The notes beneath the pieces are model-generated. The model had not been told where the DNA came from. It saw only the letters and a list, made by a program, of their open reading frames with translations, and searched no databases. From an uncultured Bacilli bacterium (GTDB taxonomy: Bacteria; Bacillota_I; Bacilli_A; RF39; UBA660), in contig CANRKD010000001.1 of the NCBI GenBank assembly GCA_947631105.1, positions 1-54,845 of the forward strand: DNA of 54,845 nt. The letters are read 5' to 3'. The number at the start of each line of letters is the position of its first letter. The first letter of the stretch is position 1. Positions 48,317 through 54,845 of the stretch are shown here, piece after piece. Made by a program: the position numbers and the translations under genes.

Positions 48317-49528
48317 CTAACAATAATATTTGATGACAAAAATAGTTCCCTTATCTGTTGATTGTACACTAATTGTGCCATTATCCGCTTCTATGATGGT
48401 TTTGGCAAGAGCAAGTCCTATACCAACATTTTCTTTAGATGATTTACTACCTTGGTAAAATCTTTCGAAAATATGTGGCAAATCTTTTTTCGCAATACCA
48501 CCAGCAAAATCTTCAATTTGAATTAAAGTATAAACATGATTCTGCTCATAAGAAATCCTTAATTCTTGATTTTCATGTGAATATTCAACACAATTTTTTA
48601 AAATATTGGTTAAAGCTTCAATTTGCCATTTAGCATCGCATAACAATTTAATATCATTAGATCCAGTAGCAGAAATATTAATATTTTTCAAATCGCAAAG
48701 TAAAGAAACATTTTTTATAGCTTCTAAAATAATATTTTTAACTAAAGATTTTTCTTCATTAAAATGAATGGTATTTGCATCAAACTTGGAAAGTTTGAGT
48801 AGTGCTTGAACTAAGAAATTCATATTAATAATTTCTCTTTTGATATCACGAATAAAATCATTTCTAATATTTTTAGGCATATCTTCATCATCAATTAAAT
48901 TATCTAACATAATCAATATACTAGTGAGTGGCGTTTTTAATTGATGGGTGATATCTTCTAAAGAACGTTTTAAATTCATTTTATCTTTATGAGAATTTTC
49001 TGCCGCTTCTTTTAACATAATGGTCGTTTTATAAATTTCATTTTTTAAAATAGATAATTCATCTTCAGACATGGAATCAATTTGTAATTCATAATTTTTC
49101 TTATTAATTTCTTCTATATATTTTGTAATATTTTTAATTTCTTTTTCTTTATCTAAATTATATTTAATAAATAAAAGGAACAAGAAAAAAATACTTAAAA
49201 CAAAAAAAGTTATATTAATAATTAAAAAGTGGTGATAATTTTGTTCATTTACTAATACTAAAGAGTCTTTATTTAAATCTATACCATATTTTTCTAAAAA
49301 AGATAGATCCCTAGATTTTGGATTATTTATAATTTCTAATAGTTCTTGTTCAGTAATATTAGGATAATGTTCTTTAATCGTTGATAAAATCATCATTAAT
49401 GTTTGATTATAATTTTTAGTATATTTATGATATTCATAACTATTTAATACTAAAAATATGCCACTTAAACATACTATTACAAATAATATTTTAAAAAGAT
49501 TTTGTTTTAATTTAATTTTATTTTTCAT
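48317..49528 (-). CDS. sensor histidine kinase (2 TM, HisKA + HATPase_c)
   Basis: The H-box is SLEDITHQLKTPLTS. N/G-box elements are present (NILKNCVEYS, GIGLALAKTIIE). Two TM helices bracket an extracytoplasmic loop of about 70 aa. Confidence 0.88.
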   Translation of the reverse strand: MKNKIKLKQNLFKILFVIVCLSGIFLVLNSYEYHKYTKNYNQTLMMILSTIKEHYPNITEQELLEIINNPKSRDLSFLEKYGIDLNKDSLVLVNEQNYHHFLIINITFFVLSIFFLFLLFIKYNLDKEKEIKNITKYIEEINKKNYELQIDSMSEDELSILKNEIYKTTIMLKEAAENSHKDKMNLKRSLEDITHQLKTPLTSILIMLDNLIDDEDMPKNIRNDFIRDIKREIINMNFLVQALLKLSKFDANTIHFNEEKSLVKNIILEAIKNVSLLCDLKNINISATGSNDIKLLCDAKWQIEALTNILKNCVEYSHENQELRISYEQNHVYTLIQIEDFAGGIAKKDLPHIFERFYQGSKSSKENVGIGLALAKTIIEADNGTISVQSTDKGTIFVIKYYC

Positions 49529-50171
49529 CTATTCTATATCCTATTCCTTTAATTGTCGTAATAATATTCGTTCCTATTTTTTCCCGAATTCGTTTAAAAT
49601 AAACCGTTATGGTGTGATCATCAACATCATTCCCCGTCCATTCCCAAATTTTATCTAAAATAGTATTACGAGTGACAACTTTATTGAGATTTAAAAATAA
49701 CAACTGAACTAACTTTAATTCGAGAGGAGTTAATGTAATTGCTGAATCATTTTTAGAAAGAACTAACTTATTCATATCAAAGGTAATATCTTGAATTTTA
49801 ATACAACTATTTTGCTTAGTATGTAATAAAGCTTTGTTTATTCTAGCTAATAATTCTTTCATACTGAATGGTTTAGTCAGATAATCATCTGCTCCTTCTT
49901 CTAAACAAGAAACGATTTTATCTTCTTCATCAAAAGCCGTTAAAAAAATAGTTGATATATTTAATTTTTTAATTGTTTTTTTATAAAAGATAAAACCATC
50001 ACCATCCGGTAAAGTAATATCTAAAATAATTAAATCGACATTATTATTTTCTAAAAACTTTTGCGCACTATCTATATCCGTTTTGTAATCAACTTGATAA
50101 TTATGTTCTTTTAAAGAATATACTAAACCTGTCATAATAATCATATTATCTTCAATCAGCAAAATATGCAT
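49518..50171 (-). CDS. OmpR/PhoB-family response regulator
   Basis: A receiver domain is present (DLIILDITLPDGDG, K at LTKPF). A winged-helix C-terminus is present (VYFKRIREKI...GIGYRI). The gene overlaps the kinase start by 11 nt. Confidence 0.92.
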   Translation of the reverse strand: MHILLIEDNMIIMTGLVYSLKEHNYQVDYKTDIDSAQKFLENNNVDLIILDITLPDGDGFIFYKKTIKKLNISTIFLTAFDEEDKIVSCLEEGADDYLTKPFSMKELLARINKALLHTKQNSCIKIQDITFDMNKLVLSKNDSAITLTPLELKLVQLLFLNLNKVVTRNTILDKIWEWTGNDVDDHTITVYFKRIREKIGTNIITTIKGIGYRIDEK

Positions 50172-50202
50172 AAAGTCATCTCCTCAATTATTATCATACA
50201 AG

Positions 50203-50224
50203 AAAAAGGCTTTTGAAAAAAGCC
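50203..50224 (-). terminator. intrinsic terminator between the ABC permease and the two-component genes
   Basis: On the minus strand, GGCTTTT-ttc-AAAAGCC is followed by TTTTT. Confidence 0.6.
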
Positions 50225-52852
50225 CTAGATATTTTCATTACGGATAGTTTCAATCATATTTTGTTTACTTATTTTATTCAAAGAATATTTCATAATAACA
50301 GAAATAAGAATAAATACAGCTATAATTGAAATTAAGATTGCCCCAATAGGTAAATGATATGGAAGTCCAGAATCTTTACCTAAATAATTATAAATCAGAT
50401 ACGATAAGCTTATGCCAATAGGTATACCAAAAAGAAGTGATTTCATTCCCATAAAAAACGTTTCTAAACGAATCATTCGGTTAAATTCTTTACTAGTCAT
50501 GCCAATCGATTTTAACATAGCAAAGTCTTGTCTGCGAAGTTCCATATTAGTTGTTATCGTATTAAAGATATTCGTAATACCTATTAAAGAAATAACTATA
50601 ATAAATCCGTAAAGAAATATTCCTACTAAAGTAAATAAATCATTCATCATTTTAACATTTTCTTCTAAATTATTTAAATTATAACTTTCATTTTTTAAAA
50701 CTTCGTCGATATCATCTTGTAATTTATTAGCATTATTTGATTTATAAAAAATATAGATAAATGGTATATTACTTTTTGCACTGATTCGATTAAAGAATTC
50801 TTCACTAACGATTAAATAGTTTTCCATATTATTTTTAAGTCCAAAAGGCTTTTTGTCAGTGATATAACCAATTTCTATTTGAAAGTCTTCTTCATCTCCT
50901 AAAGTACCTGATAAAATATCTCCAACTTTTTGATCTGTCAGACGCAAAGTTTTATAAACCATTTTTTTGTCATCTTCATTTTGCCGTCCGACCTTTAAAT
51001 AATCCATTAATATTCCTTTATCACTTACTTCATCATAATTCAAACCTAATTCGTCAATATATTTTTTATATTGTTCTTCTCCTAAAGTATAAATATTAAT
51101 ATATTGAGTAGCATCTTGTTCTACTTCATCATCTAAATCTAAATTTAAAAATTCAATATATTCGGGATTAAACTTCCGATTTTTATATCTAAAATCAATT
51201 TCTCTTAAAATTGTGTAATTCTCGATATTATCTAATTTTGTTGTAGCGATATATTTTTTTAACGTTGTTTCGTCATCTGCTTTCCCAGAAGATAAAGATA
51301 TATTATAATCCGAAATATTTAATTCATTTTCTACTTCTAAAAAAGCAAGACTCATAAAACTTGATAAAGCAATAAACACAAAAACAGACACAACAATTGA
51401 AATTACTGTAGTACGATATTTTTTCTTATTTCTTTTTAAATTTTTAAAAGATATTTCTCCTCCTACTCCAAATATTTTTTTAATAATTTTAGGAGATTTA
51501 ATTTTTTTGGCATTTATTTTGATATTCGCACTATTTCTAATAGAATCAATTGGAGAAATAATAGAGGCTCTTTTCGCACTTCTAAAAGCTGATGCATAAA
51601 TTGTTATTACTCCTAAAACAATAGCTAAGAAAATGGCTATTACTGAGAAAGAAAAATGTAAGTTCATACCAATAGCTAGACTATCCTTTAAAAAATAATT
51701 ACTAATAACAATTAAAATAATCGAAGCAATTAAACCTAAAATTATTCCTAAAGGTATTCCAATACATCCTAAAATAGTTGCTTCATAAAACACATTTCTT
51801 TTTATTTGCTTTTTAGTAGCCCCAATACTTTTTAACATACCATATTGTTTAATTTTTTCCGTTATCGAAATATCAAAACTATTTTTTATACAGAAAACCG
51901 AAGTTAAAATGATAATGCCGATAACAATACCCGCAACAATTGCTAAACCTCCTGTTGAACTTAAAGCCAAAGGATCAGTTTCTAAATCAATTAAATAAGA
52001 ATTTATATCATATTTATATTTTTCTTTTTCCGCTTCTTCTTGAATATATGTATCAAATTCGTTCTTTGTTGCTGTTCCCGTATAATATTTTTCAAATAAA
52101 GAAGCATCTACTCCTAATATATTAGCCGTAACTTTATAGGCATCTTTAATACCATCTTTAGTGTATCTCGCATATACATCAAGATTTTTGCCTAAATCAC
52201 TTCCATTGGCCAAAGTTATAAAAGTATAGCCGGGAGCTGAATATTCTTCAATATTAGTCGCTGGTCTTTCAATAATTCCGACAATTTTATAAGTTTTAGG
52301 TGTTGTATTAATTATTTGTTCATTTCCTAAAAACGGATTATTTTGTTCTAGAATGACACCATCTTCTAAATTGATTCTGGTACCAATATCTAGCGTTATT
52401 TCACTACCTACTTCGAGTTCTAATCGACCATTCGTTTTTAAGTGAGTAGGTATCACTATTTCGTGGTCATTTTCCGGGATTCTTCCTTCTACTAATCGTA
52501 TCGATAAATTTTCTAAAGATTCTTTTGTAAAAGCTTTGATGTAAGCATAAGGCTTATCTTCATTTTTAGAAGCAATATTAGCATAACCAATATTACTCGT
52601 AAGATTAAATTCTTTTATTTTACGATTATTATAAAATAAATCTAAATCTTCATTAGAAACATTGTAATATGCTACATGATAATTTCCTTTTTCATATGTT
52701 TCAAAACTAATTAAAGACTTTATACCACTTGTATAGATAGATGCTACAGCAGTTATTAAAGCTACTGATAAAATAATACCAATAATCGTCACAATCGTTC
52801 TTTTTTTATTTAATTTTAAATTTTTAATGGTTAATTTTTGAAGCAAATTCAT
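50225..52852 (-). CDS. FtsX-family ABC transporter permease with duplicated FtsX domains (875 aa)
   Basis: An N-terminal TM and a large extracytoplasmic domain are followed by a 3-TM FtsX block. The same arrangement is then repeated. The gene is adjacent to a MacB/LolD-type ATPase. Confidence 0.85.
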   Translation of the reverse strand: MNLLQKLTIKNLKLNKKRTIVTIIGIILSVALITAVASIYTSGIKSLISFETYEKGNYHVAYYNVSNEDLDLFYNNRKIKEFNLTSNIGYANIASKNEDKPYAYIKAFTKESLENLSIRLVEGRIPENDHEIVIPTHLKTNGRLELEVGSEITLDIGTRINLEDGVILEQNNPFLGNEQIINTTPKTYKIVGIIERPATNIEEYSAPGYTFITLANGSDLGKNLDVYARYTKDGIKDAYKVTANILGVDASLFEKYYTGTATKNEFDTYIQEEAEKEKYKYDINSYLIDLETDPLALSSTGGLAIVAGIVIGIIILTSVFCIKNSFDISITEKIKQYGMLKSIGATKKQIKRNVFYEATILGCIGIPLGIILGLIASIILIVISNYFLKDSLAIGMNLHFSFSVIAIFLAIVLGVITIYASAFRSAKRASIISPIDSIRNSANIKINAKKIKSPKIIKKIFGVGGEISFKNLKRNKKKYRTTVISIVVSVFVFIALSSFMSLAFLEVENELNISDYNISLSSGKADDETTLKKYIATTKLDNIENYTILREIDFRYKNRKFNPEYIEFLNLDLDDEVEQDATQYINIYTLGEEQYKKYIDELGLNYDEVSDKGILMDYLKVGRQNEDDKKMVYKTLRLTDQKVGDILSGTLGDEEDFQIEIGYITDKKPFGLKNNMENYLIVSEEFFNRISAKSNIPFIYIFYKSNNANKLQDDIDEVLKNESYNLNNLEENVKMMNDLFTLVGIFLYGFIIVISLIGITNIFNTITTNMELRRQDFAMLKSIGMTSKEFNRMIRLETFFMGMKSLLFGIPIGISLSYLIYNYLGKDSGLPYHLPIGAILISIIAVFILISVIMKYSLNKISKQNMIETIRNENI

Positions 52853-52855
52853 AAG

Positions 52856-53527
52856 TTAGTCCTCCGAAACAATTTTTCCGTCTTCTAGTTTTATAATTCG
52901 ATCAGCCTCTTTAGCAATTTCTAAATTATGAGTAATCATGATAATAGTTTGTTTTAATTCTTTATTCGTTTTTTTAAGTAAAGCTACTATTTCATCACTC
53001 GATTTGGAATCTAAATTACCTGTTGGTTCATCAGCTAAGACAATGGTCGGATTAGTAATTAAAGCTCTACCTATACTCGTCCTTTGTTGTTGCCCTCCTG
53101 ATAACTCATTCGGCAAATGATTTTTACGATTTTCTAAACCTAATATTTTTAACATTTCATTTAGTTTTTCCTGATCTATCTCACGATTATCTAAAGAAAG
53201 AGGTAAAGTAATATTTTCTTCGACGTTTAAAATGGGTATTAAATTATAAAATTGATAAATCAGTCCGACTTGACGTCTACGAAAAATAGCTAATTTATCA
53301 TCATTAAAATTAAAAATATCATCTCCATCTATATAAACTTTACCGCTAGTTGGACGATCTACTCCTCCTAGTAAATGTAAAAGTGTCGATTTGCCACTCC
53401 CACTTGCTCCCACAATAGCGACAAACTCTCCTTTATTTACCGTAAAAGATACATGATCTAAAGCTACGACTTTGGTTGTATTTTTACCATAAACTTTCGT
53501 TAAATTCTCAACTCTTAATATTTCCAT
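52856..53527 (-). CDS. ABC transporter ATP-binding protein (MacB/LolD/BceA-like)
   Basis: Walker A is GASGSGKST, the signature is LSGGQQQR and Walker B is VLADEPTGNLD. Confidence 0.93.
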   Translation of the reverse strand: MEILRVENLTKVYGKNTTKVVALDHVSFTVNKGEFVAIVGASGSGKSTLLHLLGGVDRPTSGKVYIDGDDIFNFNDDKLAIFRRRQVGLIYQFYNLIPILNVEENITLPLSLDNREIDQEKLNEMLKILGLENRKNHLPNELSGGQQQRTSIGRALITNPTIVLADEPTGNLDSKSSDEIVALLKKTNKELKQTIIMITHNLEIAKEADRIIKLEDGKIVSED

Positions 53528-53556
53528 AAAAAATATTCTCCCTTCAATTCATTTTC

Positions 53557-53591
53557 ATTATATGAAACTAAAGTTACAAACAAGTTACAAA
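53557..53591 (-). promoter_or_regulatory. ABC operon promoter (-10 TATAAT, poor -35) with a tandem 10-bp direct-repeat box (candidate response-regulator site)
   Basis: The minus strand reads TTTGTAACTT-G-TTTGTAACTT (53591-53571), with an 11-bp centre-to-centre spacing. It ends 8 nt upstream of TATAAT (53562-53557). Confidence 0.55.
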
Positions 53592-53619
53592 AAAAGAAAA
53601 AATGGATAATCCATCCACT

Positions 53620-54279
53620 TTAATTATTTTTATTAATACCCTTAATTTTAAAATTCGGATAAGCATTTTTAATATGTCTATAAAGAAAAGAATTTTGTTT
53701 AAGCCATTTAATAACGTTTTCACGAACTTCTTCTGTATTATCCCTTTTTTGATACTTAACTTCTTTTTTTATTTTATTAACGACATTAAATGAAATAATA
53801 TTATCGACTATATAACCTATCAATAATACTATAAATAAAATAAGACGAATTGTAGGTGGAATCAAATACAATAATTTTATAAAAAAAGGATTCAGTATAT
53901 AAACGCAAAAAGATCCTAAAATACCAAAAGGAATCATCGTTTCTAAACAAATACGACCATTAATATTAAATTTTTTATTAGAATAATCCCACCATCTAAC
54001 TTTAAATAATTTTTCCATAAAATACGAAGTAAGATATTCTAAAACGGAACAAATTAGAATTGATTTTAAGAATACGGCTAATATGTCACTTGTATCTTTA
54101 CCAATTAAAAATAGAATTCCTAAAACTCCATATCCATAAATGGGACAGTAAGGTCCAATTAAAAAGCCACGATTCACAAATTTTTTATCACAAATCAATG
54201 TAAGTATAACTTCCATTAACCATCCTAAAAATGAATACATGATAAATAGTAAAAAAAATATTATAAAAGCATTTCTCAT
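53620..54279 (-). CDS. polytopic membrane protein of the 'putative ABC-transporter type IV' (CmpB-like) family
   Basis: MYSFLGWLMEVILT...RGFLIGPYCPIYGYGVLGI matches the family hallmark (FxGWxxE ... GPxxPIYGxG). 219 aa. Confidence 0.6.
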   Translation of the reverse strand: MRNAFIIFFLLFIMYSFLGWLMEVILTLICDKKFVNRGFLIGPYCPIYGYGVLGILFLIGKDTSDILAVFLKSILICSVLEYLTSYFMEKLFKVRWWDYSNKKFNINGRICLETMIPFGILGSFCVYILNPFFIKLLYLIPPTIRLILFIVLLIGYIVDNIISFNVVNKIKKEVKYQKRDNTEEVRENVIKWLKQNSFLYRHIKNAYPNFKIKGINKNN

Positions 54280-54367
54280 AAAACTACTTCCTTTTCTATT
54301 TTTATAATTCTATTTTATCACTAAATGTTTTTTAGTACAAAAATTATTTTAACTTTCAACATAAATT

Positions 54368-54393
54368 AAAAAACATAGAAATTAATTCTATGT
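54368..54393 (-). terminator. intrinsic terminator after the aaRS gene
   Basis: On the minus strand, ACATAGAA-ttaa-TTTCTATGT is followed by TTTTT. Confidence 0.7.
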
Positions 54394-54400
54394 TCTGCTT

Positions 54401-54845
54401 CTATTTTTCTTCTAATTCTAAATTCAATTCTATTTTATTAATAGAATAACCGTCTTTGATATCTTTAATATTTAAATTTTCAATAAATAAAGTGGCTTTA
54501 AAATCCTTTATTGATGATTCTATGGCATCTTTTAGTGCTTTGTTTAAACTCAAATCTAAATTCTTAATTGGGGTTTTTAATGAAACATTTTTATCTGATT
54601 TTTCACCTCTTGCTTGACTGATAATATCAATCATATCATTGCCATTTTGAATTTCTTCAGTAAAATCATATGTAAGTGGTTCAATTTCTGTTATATGAAT
54701 TGATTTTTTATCATGATATAATTCTTGATAGATCTCTTCGGTAATGAATGGGAAGAAAATACTAAAATCTTGTAATAACTTATAAAGGATTGTATAAACT
54801 GTTTTTTGCCCTGAATATCTTGGAATTTCACCAAATTCTTCTGGT
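54401..54845 (-). CDS. valS: class I aminoacyl-tRNA synthetase C-terminal fragment, most likely valyl-tRNA synthetase (5' end lies outside the window)
   Basis: The frame stays open upstream of the track ORF to the window edge. My translation includes ...ILYKLLQDFSIFFPFITEEIYQELY..., the anticodon-binding helix motif (xPFITEEIW/Y) of ValRS-type enzymes. I could not fully exclude IleRS or LeuRS. Confidence 0.5.
   Translation of the reverse strand, partial: PEEFGEIPRYSGQKTVYTILYKLLQDFSIFFPFITEEIYQELYHDKKSIHITEIEPLTYDFTEEIQNGNDMIDIISQARGEKSDKNVSLKTPIKNLDLSLNKALKDAIESSIKDFKATLFIENLNIKDIKDGYSINKIELNLELEEK

Overview
This is a very AT-rich chromosomal segment of low-GC Bacillota type. It uses the standard genetic code (TGA is a stop, e.g. 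xerD; Trp is TGG) and has GGAGG-type Shine-Dalgarno sites. Local gene order resembles Bacillus: trmK-sigA-dnaG, hrcA-grpE-dnaK-...-dnaJ-...-mtaB, and rarA/tcdA/aspS/mnmA. I call about 53 protein genes, most of them housekeeping. They cover asnS, aspS, gatCAB, a valS-like fragment, tRNA modification, heat shock, DNA repair and the sigma/primase pair. I saw no rRNA, tRNA, CRISPR array, transposase or prophage genes. The parts worth a second look are listed here.
(1) An orphan, translationally coupled RnfC-like/RnfD-like pair lies behind uvrC and is followed by a catalytically dead sortase-like gene.
(2) A stand-alone HerA/FtsK-type ATPase sits next to two orphan genes directly after gatCAB.
(3) A promoter-to-U-tract transcript of about 175 nt upstream of tcdA has 5' and 3' ends that pair over 10 bp. 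It is 6S-RNA-like, or alternatively an attenuator.
(4) Two small ORFs fall below the ORF-track cutoff: a 45-aa N/R/S-rich repeat peptide and a DUF4044-like peptide.
(5) The same dual-CIRCE promoter cassette occurs at both hrcA and htpG, and pepF is inserted between dnaK and dnaJ.
(6) An MccF-like S66 peptidase gene lies immediately upstream of aspS.
(7) A type IV pilus/competence core (ATPase, platform, prepilin peptidase) has no pilin genes nearby.
(8) An ABC/two-component module has an 11-bp-phased direct-repeat box at its promoter.
(9) Several orphan ORFs remain uncharacterised, along with a 540-bp ORF-free tract carrying a long-range inverted repeat.
All functional calls rest on motifs read by eye. 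No database search was run.
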